Source: Candidatus Methanolliviera sp. GoM_asphalt | GTDB taxonomy: Archaea > Halobacteriota > Methanoliparia > Methanoliparales > Methanoliparaceae | Length of the DNA stretch: 31,926 nucleotides | NCBI GenBank assembly: GCA_902158745.1 | Contig: CABGHH010000001.1 | Location: 1 to 31,926, forward strand | Direction: 5' to 3' | In this document: positions 7,144 through 15,769 of the stretch, piece by piece | Layout: each line of letters begins with the position of its first letter | Position numbering within the stretch: the first letter of the stretch is position 1 | Notes under the pieces: generated by a model | What the model saw: only the letters and a program-made list of their open reading frames with translations | Told to the model about the DNA's origin: nothing | Database searches by the model: none | Translations under genes and position numbers: made by a program

Positions 7144-9789
7144 ATGATGAAGTTAAAGTTTGATCCTAAATTAGATTTTCAGATTGACGCCATTAATTCG
7201 GTAGTTGATTTATTCAAAGGACAAGTTAAACAACCTTTTGATTATACTTTTCAAGTTGTTCCGAATGTTTTAACTATATCAAAAGAAAAAATTTTTGAAA
7301 ACTTACAGAAGGTTCAGAAAAAGAATGAATTAACTATATCTGAAGATTTAGAATTCCCTAATGAGGAAAATTTAGAATCCACCTACAATTTCACCATCGA
7401 GATGGAGACAGGGACAGGTAAAACCTATATTTATTTACGAACTATTCTAGAATTGAATCAAAAATATGGTTTTACAAAATTTATCATAGTCGTTCCTTCT
7501 GTAGCTATCAAAGAGGGAGTTTTAAAGACACTAAAAATTACAAAAGAACATCTTAAAGGATTATATGAGAATTTACCTTACACGTATTTTGTCTATAAAT
7601 CCAAAAATTTAGTCCAAATAAGGATGTTTGCCCAGGATACCAATCTCGAGATTATGGTAATCACAAGAGACGCCTTCAATAAAGACATAAATATTATCCA
7701 CAATGTCCATGATAGAATGGGAGATAAGCCTATTCAACTCATAAAACAAACAAATCCTATCGTTATTTTGGATGAACCTCAAAAAATAGGTGGCGAAGCG
7801 TCGCTGTGGGGTATCTCTGAACTGAATCCTCTTTTTATTTTGCGATATTCGGCAACACATAAAGAAGTGTATAATCTGGTTTATAAATTAACTCCCTATG
7901 ATGCTTATAATCTGGGATTAGTAAAGAAAATAGAGGTTTTATCTATAACTGAAGAAGGGGACCCAAACAGTAAGAAAATAATTTTGGAAAGAATAGACTC
8001 TACTAAGTCAGGATTAAGAGCAAAAGTTAAGGTTTTTGTTAAGGAAAAAGATGGTATAAAATTTAAAACAATGACATTGAAGCAAGGGAACGATTTAGCA
8101 ATAAAAGCAAAAAATTCATACTATGAAGGATTTAAAATTACTGAGATAAACAAAGGGGCTGGCTATATATTATTTTCTAACGGAGTAAAAATATATGAAG
8201 GCAAATCTTCTGTAAATGAAGATGAAGTAATCAGGATTATGATAAAAGAGACAATAAGAGAGCATTTAGAAAGAAAGCATAGATTAAATCCAAGGGGTAT
8301 TAAGGTATTGAGTTTATTTTTCATAAACAGAGTGGACGACTATCTCCTAAAAGATGGATGGTTAAGAAAAATGTTTGAGAAAGAATTTAAAGAGTTGGTT
8401 GAGTTAAAATATCCAGAATTTTTAGATTTAGATGTTGAGAAAATCCATAAAGGTTATTTCTCTAAAATGAGACGGGCAAAAAGTATTGAAAGGGATGAAG
8501 AAGCATATAATTTAATAATGAAAGATAAAGAGAGACTACTATCATTAGACGAGCCTGTCGAATTTATATTTTCCCATTCTGCCTTAAGAGAGGGGTGGGA
8601 TAATCCCAATGTGTTCAATATCTGCACCTTATCTTATTCTACATCTGAGATAAAGAAGAGGCAAGAAATTGGAAGAGGATTGAGATTACCAGTTAATTTG
8701 GATGGAGAACGGATACAAGAGAGAGAAACAAATTTGTTAACCGTAGTTACTAATGAAAGTTATAGGGAATATGTAGAACAATTACAAACAGAATTTAGAG
8801 CAGAGGTCGGAGAAGAGCCACCACCTGTAGAAGATAAACGGATGCGTAAAAAGATAATAATAAAGAAAGATACTCTAAAAAGCGAGTTATTTGAGCATTT
8901 ATGGGAAAAAATATCCAAAAAAGCAAAGTATGTTATCAACATAGATATAGAAGAATTTGTTAATACATGTGTAAGAGAGATAAATAGAGAGATAAATGAA
9001 ATTGAAATAAAATCTCCTGAGATAACTATTCAGAAGATTAGAATAGATAAGATTGACCATAAAGAATTGAGAGAAGAGTTTATTAGAGAGCGTGCAGAAC
9101 GGATTAAATTAAGAAGTGTATTTAATGTTATCAGATACATTGAAGATGAAACGAATCTCACAAGATCAACAATTTTAGAGATACTCAAGAAAGCAAATAA
9201 TCTTCATCTCATTTTTAAAAATCCCCAAGGATATGCAGAACACCTTGTGAGAATTATTAACTATAACCTAAAAGAGAGTTCTGTGCGGAATATCAAATAC
9301 TTAGAACTGGATGAATATTTTAATGTCAACTTATTTAATGAGGAGATTCAAACTTATGATAAATACATTATATCGCTAAATAATAAGAAAACACTTTATA
9401 AAATAGAGGAAGAAAGTAAAGATGGAGTTATAATTGATACAGGCCCAAGTGAAGAAGGCATCAGTCGGATAGAAAGAGACTTTGCAGAAGAGTTAGACCG
9501 AGACTCAAGGGTCAAATTATTTATCAAATTACCTAATTGGTATGTTATAGAAACTCCTGCTGGAAAATACACTCCCGACTGGGCGATGATCGTTGAAAAA
9601 CGGGAGAATGGAATTAGAAGGGAGAAGATTTATTTTGTGGTAGAAACCAAAGGTACTACTGATATTCATCAATTATGGCCCACCGAACAAATTAAAATAA
9701 GAAGTGCTGAAAAAAGGTTTGAAATCGTAAAAGATGTAACGTTCAAAGCCCCTATTGATAATTTTGAAAATTTTACTCGGACGTGGTGA
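7144..9789 (+). CDS. res: Type III restriction endonuclease (Res subunit)
   Basis: IEMETGTGKT Walker A, ILDEPQ, SALREGWDNPNVF, QEIGRGLRL helicase motifs; C-terminal YTPDWA...VVETKG PD-(D/E)xK nuclease. Confidence 0.92.
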   Translation: MMKLKFDPKLDFQIDAINSVVDLFKGQVKQPFDYTFQVVPNVLTISKEKIFENLQKVQKKNELTISEDLEFPNEENLESTYNFTIEMETGTGKTYIYLRTILELNQKYGFTKFIIVVPSVAIKEGVLKTLKITKEHLKGLYENLPYTYFVYKSKNLVQIRMFAQDTNLEIMVITRDAFNKDINIIHNVHDRMGDKPIQLIKQTNPIVILDEPQKIGGEASLWGISELNPLFILRYSATHKEVYNLVYKLTPYDAYNLGLVKKIEVLSITEEGDPNSKKIILERIDSTKSGLRAKVKVFVKEKDGIKFKTMTLKQGNDLAIKAKNSYYEGFKITEINKGAGYILFSNGVKIYEGKSSVNEDEVIRIMIKETIREHLERKHRLNPRGIKVLSLFFINRVDDYLLKDGWLRKMFEKEFKELVELKYPEFLDLDVEKIHKGYFSKMRRAKSIERDEEAYNLIMKDKERLLSLDEPVEFIFSHSALREGWDNPNVFNICTLSYSTSEIKKRQEIGRGLRLPVNLDGERIQERETNLLTVVTNESYREYVEQLQTEFRAEVGEEPPPVEDKRMRKKIIIKKDTLKSELFEHLWEKISKKAKYVINIDIEEFVNTCVREINREINEIEIKSPEITIQKIRIDKIDHKELREEFIRERAERIKLRSVFNVIRYIEDETNLTRSTILEILKKANNLHLIFKNPQGYAEHLVRIINYNLKESSVRNIKYLELDEYFNVNLFNEEIQTYDKYIISLNNKKTLYKIEEESKDGVIIDTGPSEEGISRIERDFAEELDRDSRVKLFIKLPNWYVIETPAGKYTPDWAMIVEKRENGIRREKIYFVVETKGTTDIHQLWPTEQIKIRSAEKRFEIVKDVTFKAPIDNFENFTRTW

Positions 9790-9966
9790 AGAAATCGAAA
9801 GAGGCAAAGCACTAAGAGTATTTCCTCTGGACACAAACACGGACAAGATCGTCTCCAGCAAATACAGATACGACGAGCTGAATAATAGACTTATTGCGTA
9901 ATTACAGAAGACCCATACTCATGATTGATCCAACCCTCATTTGATTAGGCAACAAATCTCGTTATA

Positions 9967-9982
9967 GCAAAGCTTTTTATAA
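9967..9982 (+). promoter_or_regulatory. Probable BRE/TATA promoter of the ribosomal superoperon
   Basis: GCAAAGC-TTTTTATAA ending 29 nt upstream of the rpl3 ATG at 10011, spacing consistent with a short-leader archaeal transcript. Confidence 0.55.
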
Positions 9983-10010
9983 GATGGCAATCCTGCAAGT
10001 GAAGAGAAAA

Positions 10011-11057
10011 ATGCCAACAAAACATCGTCCAAGGCGTGGATCGCTCGCCTTTAGCCCGAGAAAAAGGGCAAAGAGTGAGATACCGAGATATGGAGCATGG
10101 TCATCGTCTGATAAAGTAAAATTACTCGGATTTTCCGGATACAAAGTTGGAATGACCCATGTTATTATAAAAGATGATCGAGAGTATAGTCCAACCAAGG
10201 ATGAGGAAATATTCGTTCCGGTGACTGTCATAGAGACTCCGAATATGAAGATAGCCGGTATACGTGCCTATAAAGATACAACTTATGGTCTAAAACCGAT
10301 TGGAGAGGTTTGGACAGTAAATTTGGATAAGGAACTAAAAAGACGGGTGTGTGCCGCAAAAAACCAAGAAAAAAGTGACGAAGAATCGTTTAGGCGATTG
10401 GAGGAGAGAACAGAGAGCATATCAAAGGTTAGGGCGATCGCCTACACAAGACCGAAGTCGGTCAGTGGAGTTTCAAAGAAGATTCCGGAGATCATGGAGA
10501 TTGAGATAGGAGGAGAAGAGATAGGAGAGATCCTCGAATATTCTAAAAGTCTTTTAGGAAGAGAGATAAAAGTTTCAGAAGTATTAGAAGAGGGAGAATT
10601 CGTTGATGTCTCTGCTATAACGAGGGGAAAGGGTTTTCAGGGTCCTGTGAAGAGGTGGGGCATCATGACGCAGAACGAAAAGCAGGGAAGAGGGGGCAAG
10701 AGGAGACATATTGGAAACTTGGGACCATGGTTTCCGTCCAGAACCAGGTGGACCGTTCCACAGGCAGGCCAGTTGGGCTATCAACAGAGGACGGAGTTTA
10801 ACAAGGAGATAATATCCATCGGGGAAGATGGGGGAGAGATAATACCGGATGGTGGATTCGTGCATTACGGCGTCGTCAAGAACCCTTATCTTCTCGTCAA
10901 AGGGAGCGTTCCCGGGCCTAAAAAGAGACTTATAAGGATGAGGGGGGCAATGAGGATGCAATCTGCACAGAAAATTTCCGATATTCACACGCCGGAGGTC
11001 GTTTCTGGTGTCCATAAAGTTGAATATATCAGTCTCAAATCACAGCAGGGTAGATGA
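10011..11057 (+). CDS. rpl3: 50S ribosomal protein uL3
   Basis: HRPRRGSLAFSPRKRA, GYKVGMTH, GKGFQGPVKRWG; start reassigned to 10011 (MPTKHRPRRGS). Confidence 0.97.
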   Translation: MPTKHRPRRGSLAFSPRKRAKSEIPRYGAWSSSDKVKLLGFSGYKVGMTHVIIKDDREYSPTKDEEIFVPVTVIETPNMKIAGIRAYKDTTYGLKPIGEVWTVNLDKELKRRVCAAKNQEKSDEESFRRLEERTESISKVRAIAYTRPKSVSGVSKKIPEIMEIEIGGEEIGEILEYSKSLLGREIKVSEVLEEGEFVDVSAITRGKGFQGPVKRWGIMTQNEKQGRGGKRRHIGNLGPWFPSRTRWTVPQAGQLGYQQRTEFNKEIISIGEDGGEIIPDGGFVHYGVVKNPYLLVKGSVPGPKKRLIRMRGAMRMQSAQKISDIHTPEVVSGVHKVEYISLKSQQGR

Positions 11058-11060
11058 TAT

Positions 11061-11825
11061 ATGAACGATGCAAAAAAAGCAAGAGTATTTAATACGTCCG
11101 GGGATGTAGTCGGAGAGATAGATCTGCCCGACACTTTTAGCGAGCCGTACAGGCCCGACATCATCAAAAAAGCCGTTCTCTCCATTCAGTCGAGGAGATA
11201 CCAGCCACACGGGGTGAAGCCCTATGCAGGTTATGACACGTCCGCAGAATCGTGGGGCGTGGGGAGAGGAGTATCGAGGATTGCAAGGATCAAAAATGGT
11301 AGAAGAGCCGCAAGATCTCCCGGGGCAGTTGGAGGAAGGAGAGCACATCCTCCAAAAGTGGAAAAGAATCTTCTCGAGAAGATAAATAAGAAAGAGATGA
11401 GAAAGGCACTCAGATCTGCAATAGCTGCCACGTCTGATAAGGATCTGGTTATGAGAAGGGGGCACATCTTTGAGGGAGAAGTTCCAATCATTCTAAAAGA
11501 CGAGATAGAGGAATTGAGCAAGACTAAAGAGGTTGACGAGCTTTTTAAGCGCGTTAGGGTTTGGGATGACGTAGAAAGGGCAAAAGAGAAGAAGATAAGG
11601 TCGGGTAAAGGTAAGATGCGGGGTAGAAGATACAAACGAAAGAGGAGTGCCCTCATCATAACGGCAGATGATAAAGGACTTAGGAAAGCATCCAAGAATC
11701 TGCCTGGGGTCGATTTTTCCCTTCTAAGTGACCTGAATGTAGAGTTACTTGCCCCGGGAACTCACGCCGGAAGATTGACTATCTGGTCAGAGTCGGCGGT
11801 AAAGATGTTGAGGAAATCTGAATGA
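11061..11825 (+). CDS. rpl4: 50S ribosomal protein uL4
   Basis: SAESWGVGRGVSRIAR, GGRRAHPPK, LAPGTHAGRLTIWS. Confidence 0.97.
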   Translation: MNDAKKARVFNTSGDVVGEIDLPDTFSEPYRPDIIKKAVLSIQSRRYQPHGVKPYAGYDTSAESWGVGRGVSRIARIKNGRRAARSPGAVGGRRAHPPKVEKNLLEKINKKEMRKALRSAIAATSDKDLVMRRGHIFEGEVPIILKDEIEELSKTKEVDELFKRVRVWDDVERAKEKKIRSGKGKMRGRRYKRKRSALIITADDKGLRKASKNLPGVDFSLLSDLNVELLAPGTHAGRLTIWSESAVKMLRKSE

Positions 11826-12079
11826 AGGTGAAGATGATCTTGAAGAGACCGGTAGCCTCGGAGAAGGCGGTACTTGAGATGGAGAAGAATGTAGTTTATT
11901 TTATCGTCGATAAGAATGCGAGAAAAGATGAGATAAAGGACGAATTTGAGGAGATATACGGCGTGAAAGTAGAAAAAGTTAATACGATATTAACATTTAA
12001 GGGTGAGAAGAAGGCGATGGTGAGACTTTCGGATAAATATAAAGCCGAAGACATCGCTACCAAGCTCGGGATAGTATAA
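11822..12079 (+). CDS. rpl23: 50S ribosomal protein uL23
   Basis: P...EKA, VEKVNT, GEKKA.VRL; operon position. Confidence 0.96.
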   Translation: MKVKMILKRPVASEKAVLEMEKNVVYFIVDKNARKDEIKDEFEEIYGVKVEKVNTILTFKGEKKAMVRLSDKYKAEDIATKLGIV

Positions 12080-12081
12080 AT

Positions 12082-12807
12082 ATGGGTAAGCGAATTATCT
12101 CTCAAAATAGGGGAAAGGGTACGCCGACATACAGGGCACCACCACACAGGCGTAAAGAGGAATTGATTCACCCCAGGCTCGATGATGGGAAGACTATGAA
12201 AGGAGAGATCGTAAAGATTGCTCATGACCCTGCGAGGAGTGCACCGATTGCCAGTGTGGTCTTTGAAGAGGAGAATAAAAGGGAAGAGAAGATGATTTTG
12301 GTTCCAGAAGGGGTCTTTGTCGGACAAAAGATTGCATACGGAGAGGGAGCACCTTTGGAGGTTGGAAATACCCTTCCCATTTTGAATATACCTGAGGGAA
12401 CCTTGATTTGTAATATAGAATCTAAATTGGGCGATGGTGGAAAATTTGCAAGAGCTTCTGGTGTTTATGGTGCGATCATATCTCACGAGAGAGGAAAGAC
12501 GATCGTTCGGTTACCGAGTGGTGGAACGAAGAAGCTTGATTCTAAGTGCAGGGCAACTATAGGGATCGTCGCTGGAGGGGGCAAGAGAGAGAAGCCATTT
12601 TTAAAGGCTGGAAAGAAACATAACGCCTTAAAAAGTAAGGCACAGAAATATCCGAAGGTCAGTGCCGTTAAGATGAACTCCGTCGATCATCCTTATGGGG
12701 GTGGAGGTCATAAGCATATCGGCAGACGGAAGTCGGTATCAAGGGGCACTCCGCCTGGTAGAAAGGTCGGGAGCATTAGTCCGAGAAGAACTGGAAGAGG
12801 GAGATGA
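12082..12807 (+). CDS. rpl2: 50S ribosomal protein uL2
   Basis: MGKRIISQNRGKG, HDPARSAP, GDGGKFARASG, VDHPYGGG. Confidence 0.97.
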   Translation: MGKRIISQNRGKGTPTYRAPPHRRKEELIHPRLDDGKTMKGEIVKIAHDPARSAPIASVVFEEENKREEKMILVPEGVFVGQKIAYGEGAPLEVGNTLPILNIPEGTLICNIESKLGDGGKFARASGVYGAIISHERGKTIVRLPSGGTKKLDSKCRATIGIVAGGGKREKPFLKAGKKHNALKSKAQKYPKVSAVKMNSVDHPYGGGGHKHIGRRKSVSRGTPPGRKVGSISPRRTGRGR

Positions 12808-12810
12808 AAG

Positions 12811-13215
12811 ATGGTCAAGAAAGATAGAAAAGTTCCAAAGAGGAAAGAATTTACATTTAGGGGTTATAAACAGGATGAATTACAGAAGATGAGCTTAGAG
12901 ACACTATCAGAGATTTTACCTTCTAGACAGAGAAGGAAGATAAAAAGAGGATTTAAAGAAGAGGAAGAGATATTTCTTAAAAAAATTAAGGGGAAAGAAA
13001 CCGTTAAGACACATTTAAGAAATATGATTGTGCTTCCATCGATGATCGGTAAGAGGGTGGGAATACATAATGGTAAGGGCTTCACCTTCGTCGAGATTCA
13101 GCCTGAGATGATCGGGCACTATCTGGGCGAGTTCGCATTGACAAGAAAAGAGGTGAAGCATGGAAGTGCCGGGCTTGGAGCAACGAAATCGAGCAAATTT
13201 ATACCGTTGAGATGA
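12811..13215 (+). CDS. rps19: 30S ribosomal protein uS19
   Basis: EFTFRGY, KTHLRNM, MIGHYLGEFALTRK.V.HG. Confidence 0.97.
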   Translation: MVKKDRKVPKRKEFTFRGYKQDELQKMSLETLSEILPSRQRRKIKRGFKEEEEIFLKKIKGKETVKTHLRNMIVLPSMIGKRVGIHNGKGFTFVEIQPEMIGHYLGEFALTRKEVKHGSAGLGATKSSKFIPLR

Positions 13216-13224
13216 GGGTAAAAG

Positions 13225-13686
13225 ATGCCAAGCAGACACAAATACTCTATCAATGCAGATCCGGTGCATGGCACGGCTTCTTACGGAAGGGAACTTCCGA
13301 TCTCCCAGAAACATTCTATGGAGATCTGCAGGGAGATTAAGGGAATGAATGTTGACACGGCAAAAAGCTATCTAAAAGATGTTATATCGCTTAAAAATCC
13401 TGTCCCTTTCAAAAAACACAACAAAAAGGTAGCGCATAGAAAGATGGAGGGGTGGGACGCCGGAAAATTTCCAGAGAAAGCTGCCTCTGGAATATTGAAA
13501 TTACTGGAGAACGCAGAAAAGAATGCAGAATATAAAGGGCTAAATTCCGATGAAATAGTGATAAAGCACATAACGGCAAGCAAGGGGCGGCAGATGAAGG
13601 GCTTTTATCCAAGGGCGATGGGTAGAACAACTCCAAAAAGGAAGATCACCACAAATATCGAGATGATATTGGAAGAGGTGCAGTGA
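13225..13686 (+). CDS. rpl22: 50S ribosomal protein uL22
   Basis: IS.KHSMEICREIKGM, VPFKKHN, NAE.NAEYKGL, PRAMGR. Confidence 0.97.
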   Translation: MPSRHKYSINADPVHGTASYGRELPISQKHSMEICREIKGMNVDTAKSYLKDVISLKNPVPFKKHNKKVAHRKMEGWDAGKFPEKAASGILKLLENAEKNAEYKGLNSDEIVIKHITASKGRQMKGFYPRAMGRTTPKRKITTNIEMILEEVQ

Positions 13687-13713
13687 TGTGGGCAAATCGG
13701 AGATTTTTGAATG
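13686..13713 (+). repeat. ATG-flanked short element, copy 4 (22-nt internal-deletion derivative) between rpl22 and rps3
   Basis: ATG-TGGGCAAATCGGAGATTTTTGA-ATG; identical to the copy at 18475-18524 minus 22 nt between two AAATCG hexamers. Confidence 0.85.
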
Positions 13714-14445
13714 CCAGTTGAGAAGAAATTCATCATGGAAGGACTCGAAAAATACAGGTTGAATGAGTTCCTCGCGAAATCTCTCATGACGGCGGGTTAT
13801 GGTGGAGCAGAATTGAACAGGACACCTCTCGGCATGCAGATAATTGTCTATGTTGAAAAACCGGGATTGGTGATAGGGAGAGGTGGCGAAAAGATAAGAA
13901 AAACCACCGAAGAGATCCGAAAGAAGTTTAATCTAGATAACCCACAGATAGAAGTGGTAGAATCTGAGAATGCACGATTAAATCCCCTAATAATGGCAAA
14001 TAGACTTGCGAATTTGTTGGAAAGAGGGTGGTATTTTAGAAGAGCAGGCCACAACATATTGAGAGAGATAATGAATGCGGGAGCGCTTGGATGCGAGATC
14101 GTGCTTGCGGGGAAGCTTACGGGGCCAAGAGCGAGGACGGAAAAATTTGTTAAAGGGTACATGATACATGCTGGAGAACCTGTAAATGATATCGTTAAAA
14201 GGGGATACACCATAGCCAAGAAGAAGCTCGGTGTGATAGGAGTTAATGTACGGATCATTCTTCCTTCCGCACGGTTGCCCGACAAATTCGAAGTTAAGGA
14301 GAAAGAAGAAGTGACGGTAGCAGTTAAGGATAAAGAAGAAGCTACGGTAGCAGTTAAGGATAAAGAAGAAGCTACGGTAGCAGTTAAGGATAAAGAAGAA
14401 GCTACGGTAGCAGTTAAGGATAAAGAAGAAGCGACAGAGGGATGA
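13711..14445 (+). CDS. rps3: 30S ribosomal protein uS3 with repeat-expanded C-terminal tail
   Basis: AGYGG..L.RTPLG, PGLVIGRGG, GCEIVLAGKLTG.RARTEKF, G.IGV.V.I. Confidence 0.97.
   Translation: MPVEKKFIMEGLEKYRLNEFLAKSLMTAGYGGAELNRTPLGMQIIVYVEKPGLVIGRGGEKIRKTTEEIRKKFNLDNPQIEVVESENARLNPLIMANRLANLLERGWYFRRAGHNILREIMNAGALGCEIVLAGKLTGPRARTEKFVKGYMIHAGEPVNDIVKRGYTIAKKKLGVIGVNVRIILPSARLPDKFEVKEKEEVTVAVKDKEEATVAVKDKEEATVAVKDKEEATVAVKDKEEATEG
14293..14435 (+). repeat. 30-bp tandem repeat x about 5 (GTTAAGGATAAAGAAGAAGCTACGGTAGCA) encoding VKDKEEATVA
   Basis: Units start at 14293, 14323, 14353, 14383 and 14413; the middle three are identical and the outer two are degenerate; no spacers. Confidence 0.97.
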
Positions 14446-14654
14446 AATTGGCACTGATGAGACCGAGTGAAATAAGAGAGATGAACGAATCTGAGAGAGA
14501 AAGAGCGTTAAAGAGGTTTCAATACGATCTTATAAAAGAGAGGGGCACTATTGCCGCCGGAGGGTCGCTAAAAAATCCTAGTAGGGTGCGGGCGATAAGA
14601 AAAGCCATAGCAAGAATAAAAACAATAAATAATGAGATAAGGAGAAATAGGTAA
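14442..14654 (+). CDS. rpl29: 50S ribosomal protein uL29
   Basis: RPSEIREM, NPSRVRAIRKAIARIKT. Confidence 0.96.
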   Translation: MKLALMRPSEIREMNESERERALKRFQYDLIKERGTIAAGGSLKNPSRVRAIRKAIARIKTINNEIRRNR

Positions 14655-14659
14655 AAGAG

Positions 14660-15001
14660 ATGAGGTTAAAACCGACGAACATATTGTATCACGAATTGAT
14701 AGGGCTTGATGTAACGGTTGAAGATAGCAAGAACCCGTATCAGGTTGGCATAAAGGGAAAAGTCACCGATGAGACGAAGAAGATGCTTATAATCTCTGAG
14801 AGGTCAAAAGAGAAGAAGATTGCAAAGAAAGATGCAAAATTCATATTTAAAAATCCTTTGAACGATGATTGCGAATCTTCGATTCGCAAACTTGAAAATG
14901 GAACATTTTCAAATGATACTTGGAAGAATGTCCTGATAGATGGAAGGCTGTTGGTCGGTAGGCCCGAGGAGAGAATTAAAAAGATGGGGGATGCATCATG
15001 A
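14660..15001 (+). CDS. rnp1: RNase P protein component Rpp29/Pop4, with a 16-aa insertion
   Basis: HELIGL.V.V, G+[22 protein letters not shown]; canonical position between rpl29 and rps17. Confidence 0.95.
   Translation: MRLKPTNILYHELIGLDVTVEDSKNPYQVGIKGKVTDETKKMLIISERSKEKKIAKKDAKFIFKNPLNDDCESSIRKLENGTFSNDTWKNVLIDGRLLVGRPEERIKKMGDAS
14865..14916 (+). repeat. Double-hairpin element, copy 1, in frame inside rnp1
   Basis: ATGA-TTGCGAATC[TTC]GATTCGCAA-AC-TTGAAAATG[GAA]CATTTTCAA-ATGA: two perfect 9-bp stems with 3-nt loops, flanked by ATGA. Confidence 0.88.
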
Positions 15002-15312
15002 GAGATATTGGTCTAAACGTTAAACCGCCAGAAAGCAAATGCAGCGATATAAATTGTCCCTTTCATGGAAATCTCTCCGTTAGAGGACAGGTCTTTGTCG
15101 GCAAGGTGGTAAGCTCAGAGGGTAAAACCGTCGTTGTTAGGAGGGAGATGAACCGATTTGTGAAGAAGTACGAGAGATATGAGCGAAGAAGCTCTAATAT
15201 TCATGCTCATAATCCCCCTTGTATCAAAATTAGGGTGGGAGACCTGGTAAAAGTAGCGGAATGCAGGCCGATCAGCAAGACCAAATCCTTTGTCGTCGTT
15301 GAGAGGCTATAA
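14998..15312 (+). CDS. rps17: 30S ribosomal protein uS17
   Basis: RDIGL.VKPP...[35 protein letters not shown]. Confidence 0.97.
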   Translation: MRDIGLNVKPPESKCSDINCPFHGNLSVRGQVFVGKVVSSEGKTVVVRREMNRFVKKYERYERRSSNIHAHNPPCIKIRVGDLVKVAECRPISKTKSFVVVERL

Positions 15313-15362
15313 TGATTGCAAATGTTCATTTGCAAACTTGAAAATCGGAGATTTTCAAATGA
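15312..15362 (+). repeat. Double-hairpin element, copy 2, between rps17 and rpl14
   Basis: ATGA-TTGCAAATG[TT]CATTTGCAA-AC-TTGAAAATC[GGA]GATTTTCAA-ATGA; same architecture as copy 1 with compensatory stem changes. Confidence 0.88.
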
Positions 15363-15757
15363 AAGCGATCAAATCTAATATAACAAAAGCGTTACAGACG
15401 CGTTCCAGACTTCTCTGTGCGGATAACAGCGGGGCAAAGATCCTGGAGATAATCAGTGTTAAAGGGTATAGGGGCGTTAAGAGAAGGTATCCGAAAGCCG
15501 GCATAGGGGATATAGTGGTGGTAACCGTAAAGAAGGGGGCACCTGAGATGAAAAAACAGATCTTAAATGCGGTGATAATCAGGCAAAAAAAAGAATTCAG
15601 AAGGTCAGACGGATCCAGGATTCAATTTGAAGATAATGCGGCCGTAATCATGGATGAAAGTGGTGGGTTGAAGGCTTCGGAGATAAAAGGCCCCGCCGCG
15701 AGAGAGGCGGTAGAGAGATTTTCTAAGATCGCTTCCCTGGCTTCTATGATCGTTTGA
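15359..15757 (+). CDS. rpl14: 50S ribosomal protein uL14
   Basis: CADNSGAK, A.+[17 protein letters not shown]+GP.AREA; true start 15359 (the ORF-track start at 15290 reads through rps17 and the inserted element). Confidence 0.96.
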   Translation: MKAIKSNITKALQTRSRLLCADNSGAKILEIISVKGYRGVKRRYPKAGIGDIVVVTVKKGAPEMKKQILNAVIIRQKKEFRRSDGSRIQFEDNAAVIMDESGGLKASEIKGPAAREAVERFSKIASLASMIV

Positions 15758-15769
15758 GGGAGTAATAAG

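Noticed and set aside
5241-9983. Integrated mobile element with att sites around the R-M genes
   Set aside because: The only shared flank is an 8-nt TATA-like word, and no integrase, transposase or tRNA target is visible.
14293-14435. CRISPR array interpretation of the 30-bp repeats
   Set aside because: Repeats are head-to-tail with no spacers, lie in frame within rps3, and no cas genes are present.
15290-15358. Apparent N-terminal extension of uL14 in the ORF track
   Set aside because: It overlaps rps17 and merely reads through the inserted hairpin element; the conserved protein begins at ATG 15359.
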